A stretch of 42,684 nt of DNA, from positions 1-42,684 of the forward strand of contig JAHWKZ010000002.1 in assembly GCA_019347645.1 (NCBI GenBank), read 5' to 3'. Below are positions 8,091-19,203 of the stretch, one piece after another (the stretch's first letter is position 1; each line of letters begins with the position of its first letter). The position numbers and the translations under genes were made by a program. The notes below the pieces were generated by a model. The model was not told where the DNA came from and searched no databases. It was given only the letters and a program-made list of their open reading frames with translations. Origin of the DNA: Gemmatimonadota bacterium (GTDB lineage: Bacteria > Gemmatimonadota > Gemmatimonadetes > JACCXV01 > JAHWKZ01).

Positions 8091-8609
8091 CTAGTACCGG
8101 AAGTGCTGGCCCTCCGGCGGAGACTCCCGAGCGGGGACCGCGTCCGTCTCCCGCGGCCGAATGAAGAGGATGCGAGCGAACTGCTGCGCGCCGTGGAGCA
8201 GGAACCAAAGGATCCCCCAGACGTAGACCCCGCCCCGCCGGCCGCCGAAAACCCCTGCCGCGCTGGCCGCCTGGACTCCCGCGTTGACCAGGTGGACGAC
8301 GGCGATCGATCCCAGGATCCAGCGATGGAAGACCTCGGGCGTCTCACGCATGAAGCGCAGGGTGGGACCCAGCCACGACCCGACGAAGCCCACCGAGACG
8401 ACCGCCATCGCCGCGCTCGAGACCCGCCACGCGGCGTCCTCGCCGAGCCCGAGCAGGGGGAGACCCACCGGCAGGAGCCCCAGGAACATGGCGCCGAACG
8501 TCGTGCCGAAGAGGAGCGAGAGGCGGTACGACTCGAGCGGCGTCAGACGACCGGGCTGGCGCACGAACGCGATCGTGATCCCGCTGAATCCGGCCAGGGC
8601 CAAGGCCAT
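8091..8609 (-). CDS. Hypothetical multi-pass membrane protein
   Basis: Hydrophobic-helix pattern throughout with no recognisable family. The true start may lie slightly upstream, because in-frame residues SLLITFSQ precede the ATG. Confidence 0.55.
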   Translation of the reverse strand: MALALAGFSGITIAFVRQPGRLTPLESYRLSLLFGTTFGAMFLGLLPVGLPLLGLGEDAAWRVSSAAMAVVSVGFVGSWLGPTLRFMRETPEVFHRWILGSIAVVHLVNAGVQAASAAGVFGGRRGGVYVWGILWFLLHGAQQFARILFIRPRETDAVPARESPPEGQHFRY

Positions 8610-8657
8610 CTGGGAGAACGTGATGAGGAGGCTCGTCTCGTCCAGTTCTCGACCCCC

Positions 8658-12116
<3,459 letters not shown>

Positions 12117-12240
12117 CTCTACCCCCGAAAAACGAAACGCCCCGCCGAGAGATCGCGCGGGGCGTGTCCGAGCGCTCGTTGTCGGCGTTTTAGGCCTTTG
12201 GTTCGGCGACCGCTCGCGCGGAGCGCCCGGCGGTGTCAAG
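12117..12240 (-). promoter_or_regulatory. Structured metH leader (candidate riboswitch or attenuator, class unassigned)
   Basis: A 10-bp helix CCGGGCGCUC / GAGCGCUCGG encloses ~43 nt containing the internal hairpin GCGA-GCGG-UCGC. The terminator lies immediately 3'. Confidence 0.45.
12128..12164 (-). terminator. Intrinsic terminator hairpin within the metH 5' leader
   Basis: Minus strand reads CGCCCCGC-gcgatctctcg-GCGGGGCG followed by TTTCGTTTTT, ending ~12 nt before the GGGGGT SD and the metH ATG. Confidence 0.7.
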
Positions 12241-12415
12241 CAGCCACAAATCCTTCCGCCGTCGGCTCGTGGGAGAGTTTCGCGTCCCCGCTCCACCGCG
12301 TCAACCGGGCGTGCCGATCCCGAGAGCCGCCGCCTATATTGGCGCTCCGATCCGGCGAGGGCCGCGCCGGCCGGGTCGGACCCGTCCTTCGAACCCCAGC
12401 CACGGGAGTCGGATC

Positions 12416-12751
12416 CTGAACGAGACCACCGAACGCCTGATCGCGCTGCAGGACCTGCTGCAGCTCAAGAGCGACATCGAGGAGACGTCCTACGAGGAGC
12501 TCGGTTTCGAGAAGCCCGACGTGGAGGCGATCGAGACCGAGATCGAGAGCCTTCGAGAGGAGATCTCCCCGGCCGTGCTGCGCCGGTACGAGCGGATCGC
12601 CGGGAAATACTCTCGCCCTCTCGTCCCCGTCCGGCGCGGCGTGTGCTACGGCTGCTTCGTCCGCTTCCCCACCGCGCGGATCTCCGAGCTCAGCGAGGAG
12701 ACGCCGACCACGTGCGAAAGCTGCGGACGATTGCTCTACCAGATTCCATGA
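12416..12751 (+). CDS. Short COG1579-like coiled-coil / C4 zinc-ribbon protein
   Basis: NETTERLIALQDLLQLK..., LRRYERIAGKY, GVCYGCFVRFP...TCESCGRLLY zinc ribbon. The homology-consistent start is CTG 12416 or ATC 12413, after GGGAG. Canonical alternatives are GTG 12311 and ATG 12233, which would add a low-complexity N-terminus. Confidence 0.6.
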   Translation: MNETTERLIALQDLLQLKSDIEETSYEELGFEKPDVEAIETEIESLREEISPAVLRRYERIAGKYSRPLVPVRRGVCYGCFVRFPTARISELSEETPTTCESCGRLLYQIP

Positions 12752-13277
12752 TCGCCGCGATCGGCGAGCGGCTCGACTCGAGCGGCCGGGCTTCCTCGTC
12801 GGCGGGCGGCAGCTCGGACTCGAGCACCCGCATCTGACGCAACGCCACCCGCTGCCCGTCCACCTGCAGGTCGTACCAGTACACTCCCTGGGGCACCGGT
12901 TCGCCGTTGGCCCCGATCCCCTCCCAGGTGACGACGTAGCGACCCGGTCCCTCGACCCGGTCCACCAGCACCGCCACGTCCTGCGCGAGCCGGTTGTACA
13001 CGGTCAGCCGGACCCGCGCGCGCCGCTCGAGGCGGTAGGCGATGATCGTCTGGCTGAACCCGGGGGTGAAGGGATTGGGGACGTTCTGCTCGAGGCGGGC
13101 GACCTCGTCCTGGCGGGTGGTCTGCGCCGTGGCCCCGGCCGACTCGACCAGGAGGGCGGCGAGGGCCGTCAGCCCGGCGAGGACGATCCGGAAGCCGACG
13201 GCGCTACGGCGCCCGAGTGACCCAGGCGTCGGTGTAGCCGCGGAGGGCGACCGCGCGGCGCGCGCGGTCGGCTCCAT
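12690..13277 (-). CDS. Small secreted protein with a FlgD-Ig / T9SS-sorting-like C-terminal domain
   Basis: Signal-like RRSAVGFRIVLAGLTALAALLVESAGATAQ, then LEQNVPNPFTPGFSQTIIAYRL...VRLTVYN...GRYVVTWEG..NGEPVPQGVYWYDLQVDG. The start is uncertain: ATG 13277 overlaps the SPOR gene end by 74 nt. Confidence 0.6.
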   Translation of the reverse strand: MEPTARAARSPSAATPTPGSLGRRSAVGFRIVLAGLTALAALLVESAGATAQTTRQDEVARLEQNVPNPFTPGFSQTIIAYRLERRARVRLTVYNRLAQDVAVLVDRVEGPGRYVVTWEGIGANGEPVPQGVYWYDLQVDGQRVALRQMRVLESELPPADEEARPLESSRSPIAAIMESGRAIVRSFRTWSASPR

Positions 13278-13872
13278 CCCGGTCGGCCCATCGGCCGAGG
13301 TACACGCGCCACAGCCCGGCGGCCTCGGTGTACCACCGGGGCACGTCGGGGAACTCGCGTTCGAGCTGTCGGATGCGGACGAGAGCTCCGGTCTCAGAGT
13401 TGTACGCTCCCAGCTGCAGGGTCCAGGGTCCCTCCGGAACGTCGCCGCCGAGCGGCGCGTCGCGAGCCCCAAGCGGTTCCATCCGGGGGCCGTCCGGCGC
13501 GGGCGCGTCCCGGTCCGGCCTCGGGGCCTCCGTTCGATCATACCACGGACCGCCGGGAAGGGTTCCCAGGATCTCCTCGGTGGACGGATCTTCTCCGCCG
13601 CCGTCGAGGATCGGGAGAGGGTCCCGCGGGCCCGGCCGCGCCTCCGGCGGGTCGTGCATCGGTCGCACCGAGTCGGGATGCACGAACCGCTCGTAGACCC
13701 CCGCGGCCAGCGCGTCCGCCTGGGTCTCGAACTCCGGGCGGGCCGCCTCCCGCGCGGCGACGAACTCGGGATCGTCGGTGCGATCTTCCGCGGCCTGACG
13801 ATCCGGTCTCTCCTCCGGCACGGTCGCGCAGCCCGCCAGGAGCGCGAGGGCGAGGATGGCGACGCGTCTCAC
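13204..13872 (-). CDS. SPOR-domain lipoprotein
   Basis: GTG start gives VRRVAILALALLAGC (lipobox LAGC). C-terminal SPOR-like domain WTLQLGAYNSETGALVRIRQL...WRVYLGRWADRDGADRARRAV. GTGA overlap with the selB stop. Confidence 0.75.
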   Translation of the reverse strand: MRRVAILALALLAGCATVPEERPDRQAAEDRTDDPEFVAAREAARPEFETQADALAAGVYERFVHPDSVRPMHDPPEARPGPRDPLPILDGGGEDPSTEEILGTLPGGPWYDRTEAPRPDRDAPAPDGPRMEPLGARDAPLGGDVPEGPWTLQLGAYNSETGALVRIRQLEREFPDVPRWYTEAAGLWRVYLGRWADRDGADRARRAVALRGYTDAWVTRAP

Positions 13873-15821
13873 GGCCGTCCCGCCAGCACGCGCCGATCGC
13901 CCTCGCGGCGGGTGACGCCGGTGCGGTCGAGGTACTCGAGCAGCGGGATCAGGTACTTCCGGCTCACCCCGAACATCTCCTTGAACGCCCCGACCTCCGC
14001 GGCGCCGTCCGCCAGTCGATCGACGACCGCCCGCTCGGCGCGCTCGACCGCCGCGGGGTCCACGTACCAGTCGCTGGCCCACTTGACCACCGCGCCCTCC
14101 CGCTCGAGGTGGGCCAGGAGCTCTCGAAGCCGGCGGGGGTCGATCTCCAGGTCGGCCGCCAGCGCGTCGGTGTCCGGGGGCTCGAGCCCGGCTTCGACGT
14201 ACCGGGCGACGATCCTCTCGACGTGAGCGCGCGCGGCCGGGTCGAGCTCCACGGAATGGTCGGCGAGCGCGAGCGCGGCGCCGCGCCGGGTCGCCCGCCC
14301 CACCTCCAGCAGCGCGTCGATCGCCGCCTCCACCAGGGCGGGGTGCGCCGGGCGGAGCGCCTGCCGGGCGGCCTCGAGCGGGAGAGCGGGCTGGAGGGGC
14401 TCCGCCCGGTGGTGGTCCGCCAGGACCTGCTCCAGGCGCTCCATCGCCCGCCGCCGCGCGTCGGCCGCGAACCACCGGCCGCCGTGGACCTCCACGTCCT
14501 CTCCCGCGTCCTTCCCGGCCGCGGCCAGAGCGGCGCCCCCGATGCCGACCTCCACGGGCAGCGCCGCCTCCTCGATGCCCGTCGCGCCCGCCGTCGCCAG
14601 GGCGAGCGGGAGCCGCTCGGCGGGGGCGGCCGCCGCCAGCGCGGCCAGGTGCCGGCCGCGCGCCTCCCGCTCCTCCCCCCGGACCCGGGGCGGGTCGAGG
14701 GCCAGCACCTCGCCCCCGCCGATCGTCTCGACCGGGCTGTAGGCGCGGACGACGAGCCGATCGCCCACGGCGGGCACGAGCGCCCGCTCGAGGGCCAGCC
14801 GAGCCATGGTCGCGCTCCCCGGCGCGAGGGGCCGCCGGTCGTAGGGGTGGACCCGCGCCATCACCTCCCGGGTGCCGTGGTGGACGCGCACCCGGTCTCC
14901 CGGCTCGACGGGTCGCGGCGCGCTCCGGGAAAGCCAGACGCGCGCGTCGAGGCGACGGACGGCGCGCCACGGGGTGGCCGGACCGCTGATCATCGCCCCC
15001 CGGCCCACGCGTCCGGTGTCGACCCCGGTCAGTGCGAGCGCGGTCCGGGTGCCCGGCCCCACCGTCTCGACCCTCCGGCCGTGGACCTCGATCGAGCGGA
15101 TCCGCGCCTCCAGCGGCCGGCCGGACCGGCGCCGGTCCGCCGGGAAGACCCGCACCGTCGACCCCTCGGCCGCGGCGCCGGTCCACGTCGTCCCGGTCAC
15201 GACCGTGCCGGCCCCCGCGACCGCGAACGCCCGGTCGACGGGCAACCGGAACGGGACTCCCTCGCCGGGGCGCTCCGGGACCTCCGCGAGGATCGCAGCG
15301 AGCGCGCCGCGCAACGCCTCGATCCCCCGGCCGGTCCGGGTGGAGGTGACGACGATCGGCGCGCCCGCCAGCGGGGAGGCGCCGATCGCCTCGCCCACCT
15401 CCTCGACGACGAGCTCGATCCACTCGGGCTCGACCAGGTCCGCCTTCGTCACCGCCACCACGCCCCGGGAGACGCCGAGCGCCTCGATCACCAGGAGGTG
15501 CTCGCGGCTCTGCGGCATCATCCCCTCGTCGGCGGCGACCACGAACAGCACCGCGTCAACGCCCGTGGCCCCGGCCACCATGTTCTTGACGAACCCCTCG
15601 TGGCCGGGGACGTCCACGACGCTCGCCGGCGGCGCGCCGGATCCCAGATCGAGCGGGGCGAAGCCCAGATCGATGGAGATCCCGCGCTCCCGCTCCTCGG
15701 GCAGCCGGTCGGTCCCCACTCCGGTCAGGGCGGCGACCAGCTCCGTCTTGCCATGGTCGATGTGGCCCGCGGTGCCGACCACCCGACCCGGCCGCGCGCG
15801 GCTTCCCTCCGCCGCGCTCAC
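13869..15821 (-). CDS. selB: Selenocysteine-specific translation elongation factor
   Basis: GTAGHIDHGKTELVAALTG..DRLPEERERGISIDLGF, DVPGHEGFVKNMVAG, VTKADL, and a C-terminal winged-helix region with GVSRKYLIPLLEYLDRTGVTRREGDRRVL. The GTG start forms a GTGA overlap with the recO stop. Confidence 0.88.
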   Translation of the reverse strand: MSAAEGSRARPGRVVGTAGHIDHGKTELVAALTGVGTDRLPEERERGISIDLGFAPLDLGSGAPPASVVDVPGHEGFVKNMVAGATGVDAVLFVVAADEGMMPQSREHLLVIEALGVSRGVVAVTKADLVEPEWIELVVEEVGEAIGASPLAGAPIVVTSTRTGRGIEALRGALAAILAEVPERPGEGVPFRLPVDRAFAVAGAGTVVTGTTWTGAAAEGSTVRVFPADRRRSGRPLEARIRSIEVHGRRVETVGPGTRTALALTGVDTGRVGRGAMISGPATPWRAVRRLDARVWLSRSAPRPVEPGDRVRVHHGTREVMARVHPYDRRPLAPGSATMARLALERALVPAVGDRLVVRAYSPVETIGGGEVLALDPPRVRGEEREARGRHLAALAAAAPAERLPLALATAGATGIEEAALPVEVGIGGAALAAAGKDAGEDVEVHGGRWFAADARRRAMERLEQVLADHHRAEPLQPALPLEAARQALRPAHPALVEAAIDALLEVGRATRRGAALALADHSVELDPAARAHVERIVARYVEAGLEPPDTDALAADLEIDPRRLRELLAHLEREGAVVKWASDWYVDPAAVERAERAVVDRLADGAAEVGAFKEMFGVSRKYLIPLLEYLDRTGVTRREGDRRVLAGRP

Positions 15822-16570
15822 CGCCGCGCCCCCCGCACCCGCGCGCCGAGGTCGGCGTGCCAGTCGACGAATCTGTGGACGAGCTCCTGGACCCGCGCCT
15901 CCGCGGCGCCGGACTCGTCCAGATCGGCGACCAGCGACCAGTCGGGGTGGTGGTACAGCAGCAGCAATCCGTAGAGATCGGAGCCGACGGGCATCCGGCC
16001 GCTGCCACCCCGGGAGCCGCACGCCGCGCAGGCGAGCCCCCCCTCCTCGATCGCCAGCGTCATCCCCGCCCGATCGGGCAGGTCGGCACCGCACGCCGCG
16101 CACTGGTCGAGGCGCGGAGCCAGCCCCAGCCGTTCGGCGGCGATCGCCCGGTGGTAGGTCTCCCACCTCCGGACGCTCTCCGGCGGCACGTGATCGAGCC
16201 GGTCGAGCGCGGTCACCGCCAGATCGTACAGCGTCTCGGCGGGAGCGTGCTCGGGCACCACGGCGCGGAGGAACCGGAACCACGTGCCGGCGGCCTCCAT
16301 CCGATCGAGCGACCCCACGACACCCGGATGGCCGGCCAGGAGCTCGACCTGGGAAAGGGTCTGGATCTCGCGACCGGGCTTGTCGTAGTAGACCACCTGC
16401 AGGCGGTGGAAGGGATCGAGGGAGGCCCCGAAGCGACTCTTCGGCCGCCGCACCCCCTTGGCGATCACCGGCACCACGCCCCGATCGCGGGTGAAGAGGC
16501 GGTAGATCATGCTCGTCTCTCCGTAGCGGAACGCCTTGAGGACGAACGCCTCGGTGCGGACTAGAGCCAC
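15818..16570 (-). CDS. recO: DNA repair protein RecO
   Basis: VRTEAFVLKAFRYGETSMIYRLFTRDRGVVPVIAKGVRRPKSRF OB-fold N-terminus and a CAACG...CAACG zinc-finger region. The GTG start at 16570 overlaps the mgtE end by 10 nt. Confidence 0.88.
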   Translation of the reverse strand: MALVRTEAFVLKAFRYGETSMIYRLFTRDRGVVPVIAKGVRRPKSRFGASLDPFHRLQVVYYDKPGREIQTLSQVELLAGHPGVVGSLDRMEAAGTWFRFLRAVVPEHAPAETLYDLAVTALDRLDHVPPESVRRWETYHRAIAAERLGLAPRLDQCAACGADLPDRAGMTLAIEEGGLACAACGSRGGSGRMPVGSDLYGLLLLYHHPDWSLVADLDESGAAEARVQELVHRFVDWHADLGARVRGARR

Positions 16571-17919
16571 TGCGAGAGGAAGTAGGAGGCGCTGCCCAGG
16601 ATCAGCAGGAAGGAGATCAGGTCCGTCATCGTGGACAGGAAGACCGTGGAGGAGACGGCGGGGTCGAGGCCGACTTCGTCGAGGATCAACGGGAAGGCCG
16701 CCCCCCAGGCGACGCCGAGAGCGATCGAGGCCCACATCGACCCCCCGACGACCAGCCCGACGCGCATGCTGTCCTGCCACAAGCCGCCCACGAAGCCGAG
16801 GATCAGGGCGATGACGCCTCCCATCACGATCCCCGCCAGGAGCTCCCGGGGCAGCGATTTGATCGGGCGCCGTCGGCCCGACGAGAGCGCCAGGCGTCGC
16901 ACCGCCACCGTCGTCGCCTGCACGGCCGAGTTCCCCGCCATGGCCGCGACCACCGGCATGAACACCGCGATGAAGGCGATCCGCTGGATGGTGTCCTCGA
17001 ACTGGGCGACCACGAGAGCTCCGAGACCCGACGTTCCCAGGGTGATCAGCAGCCAGGGCACGCGCGAGCGGACAATCTCGAACGGCGTGGCGTACTCCTG
17101 CTCCTCCTCGTCGACGCCGGAGAGCCGGAAGATGTCCTCGGTGGCTTCGGCCTCCATGATGTCGATGACGTCGTCCACGGTGATCCGGCCGAGCAGGCGG
17201 TCGAACTCGTCCACCACGGGGATCGAGACGAGGTTGTACTTGGCGATCAGCCGCGAGACGTCCTCCTGGTCGGCCATCGGACGCACGCTGATCACGTCGG
17301 CCTCCATGATGGTGTCCACCCGTGTGGAGCCGTCGGCGAGGATCAGGTCCTGCAGCGAGATGGTTCCGAGGAGGCGGGATTCGGCGTCGACGACGTACAC
17401 GGTGTAGAAGTCGTTCACCTCGCGGCCGCGGACGCGGACGGCGACGATCGCCTCGTCCGCGGTGAGGTGGCCCGGGACGCTGACCAGTTCCGTGGTCATG
17501 ACGCCGCCCGCCGTATCCTCCTCGTACTCCATCAGGGCGGCGATCTCGCGGGAGTCCCGGGGCTCGATCCGGGCGAGGATGTCGCGGGCGTCCTCGCGCG
17601 GCAGCTCGGCCAGGATGTCGGCCGCGTCGTCTCGCTCGAGCTCCTCGAAGAGGTCCCGCACGCTCTCCTCGCCCAGCGCCTCGATCAGCGGCGACCACGC
17701 CTCCTCGTCCACCTCGGAGAGCGTCTCGGCACGGAGCTCGGGCGGAATCCGCTGGAAGAAGACGGTCCGCTCCTCGGGCTCGAGGCCGTCGATGATCTCG
17801 GCGAGGTCGGCGGGATGGAGCTCGGCGATCTCTTCGTCGAGCGGGAGGACGGACCCCTCCTCCAGCGCCTGGCGGATCCGCTCGATCTGTTCGTTACGGA
17901 TGTCGGTCGGGTCCGGCAT
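16561..17919 (-). CDS. mgtE: Magnesium transporter MgtE
   Basis: N-domain, tandem CBS domains, and a TM domain with FMPVVAAMAGNSAVQATT and PAVSSTVFLSTMTDLISF. Confidence 0.93.
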   Translation of the reverse strand: MPDPTDIRNEQIERIRQALEEGSVLPLDEEIAELHPADLAEIIDGLEPEERTVFFQRIPPELRAETLSEVDEEAWSPLIEALGEESVRDLFEELERDDAADILAELPREDARDILARIEPRDSREIAALMEYEEDTAGGVMTTELVSVPGHLTADEAIVAVRVRGREVNDFYTVYVVDAESRLLGTISLQDLILADGSTRVDTIMEADVISVRPMADQEDVSRLIAKYNLVSIPVVDEFDRLLGRITVDDVIDIMEAEATEDIFRLSGVDEEEQEYATPFEIVRSRVPWLLITLGTSGLGALVVAQFEDTIQRIAFIAVFMPVVAAMAGNSAVQATTVAVRRLALSSGRRRPIKSLPRELLAGIVMGGVIALILGFVGGLWQDSMRVGLVVGGSMWASIALGVAWGAAFPLILDEVGLDPAVSSTVFLSTMTDLISFLLILGSASYFLSQWL

Positions 17920-17946
17920 GGCGGGTCGAGAGCTCCGTTCGGGGTG

Positions 17947-19203
17947 TCAGGACGGTCCCGACGGCGGGGGCCGGAACCGGACGCGGCGGACCCGCTGCGG
18001 CGTGGCGTCGAGGATGTCGATCGTCCAGCCGCGATAGAGGAACGTCTCGCCCGCGGTGGGGATACGTCCGAGCCGGGCGATCACCCAGCCGGCGACCGTC
18101 TCCGCGCCCCCGGCGGGATCGGCCCGACCGAAAGGCAGGTCCATGCCGCGCGATTCCCCAATTTCGGCGATGGGGGTATGGCCGTCAACGACGAACGCCC
18201 CCGAAAGCGGCGCGAGCGCCTCGGCTCGTGAATCGTGCTCGTCGCGGATCTCGCCCACGAGCTCCTCGACGAGATCCTCCATCGTCACCATGCCGATCGA
18301 TCGCCCGTCCTCGACCACGACGGCGAGATGGCAGCGACGGCGCTTCATCTCGAACAGCAGATCGTCGCACGGGGTGGCGGGCGTGGTCTTCACGATCCGC
18401 CGCGGCCGCGGTACGTCGTCCGGGTCCAGTTTGAAGAGGTCGAACACGTGCACGAAACCGACGATACGATCGGGGGCGTCGCGGTACAGCGGGATCCGGG
18501 AGTAGCCCGTCTCGCGGGTCAGCCCCGAGATCTCCGCCGCCCGCGCACCGGCCGGCGCGGTCGCCATCCGCTCGGCCGGCGTCATCACCGCCCGCGCGGG
18601 GGTGCGACCGAACTCGAACACGCCGGCGATGATCTCGCGCTCGGCCGGCTCCACGATCCCGACCCGCTCGCTCTCGACGAGCAGCACCTCGAGGCTCCGA
18701 CGACTGAAGACCACCCTTCGCTGGACCGGCGAATCGGTCGTCGACACGACCAGCCGGACCACCGCGTCCGCCGCCGCGATCACCGGTCGGAACAGCGCCC
18801 CGCACCCGCGCAGGACCACCGAGACCGCTCCGAACAACTGGTGGCCGCGCGTGCGGGCGAGCGCCCTCGGCAGGACCTCGGCGACGAGGTAGAGGGGCGG
18901 CACGAGGACGAGCAGCGTCCAGCCGGTCACGCGCAACCCTTCGCCGACGGAGAAGCCGGTCCCGGCGAGCGCGGCCGCGGTCGCGATCGCCGTGCCCGTC
19001 ACCGCGAAGGCGGAGCCGACCAGGATCGGCGCCAGCAGCCGGTAGGGACGTTCCACGGCTTCCGGATCGATCCAGTCCCCTTCCCCGAGCGACTCCCGCA
19101 CCCAGTGCCGCAACCGAAGCCGGCCGACCGAGACGATCGTCAGCTCGGCGAGCCCGAAGAAGGCGGCCGCCACGATGCCGACCCCCACGATCCAGGCCGT
19201 CAC
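17947..19203 (-). CDS. CNNM/CorC-family protein (DUF21-CBS pair-CorC_HlyC), paralogue 1
   Basis: DUF21 TM region, E.EIIAGVFEFGRTPARAVMTP, CBS pair, and a C-terminal CorC_HlyC-like domain. The GTG start forms a GTGA overlap with the upstream paralogue. Confidence 0.85.
   Translation of the reverse strand: MTAWIVGVGIVAAAFFGLAELTIVSVGRLRLRHWVRESLGEGDWIDPEAVERPYRLLAPILVGSAFAVTGTAIATAAALAGTGFSVGEGLRVTGWTLLVLVPPLYLVAEVLPRALARTRGHQLFGAVSVVLRGCGALFRPVIAAADAVVRLVVSTTDSPVQRRVVFSRRSLEVLLVESERVGIVEPAEREIIAGVFEFGRTPARAVMTPAERMATAPAGARAAEISGLTRETGYSRIPLYRDAPDRIVGFVHVFDLFKLDPDDVPRPRRIVKTTPATPCDDLLFEMKRRRCHLAVVVEDGRSIGMVTMEDLVEELVGEIRDEHDSRAEALAPLSGAFVVDGHTPIAEIGESRGMDLPFGRADPAGGAETVAGWVIARLGRIPTAGETFLYRGWTIDILDATPQRVRRVRFRPPPSGPS

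Noticed and set aside
12234-12239. TTGACA hexamer upstream of the metH leader as a -35 box
   Set aside because: No acceptable -10 hexamer lies 16-19 nt downstream (the sequence there is CGAGCG), so the promoter call is not supported.
13204-17698. Track ORFs with very long N-terminal extensions (13204-15423, 13869-16283, 15818-17698)
   Set aside because: In each case homology or a signal peptide begins at a GTG that overlaps the preceding TGA stop. The extensions overlap the upstream gene in another frame and are Arg/Gly-rich.
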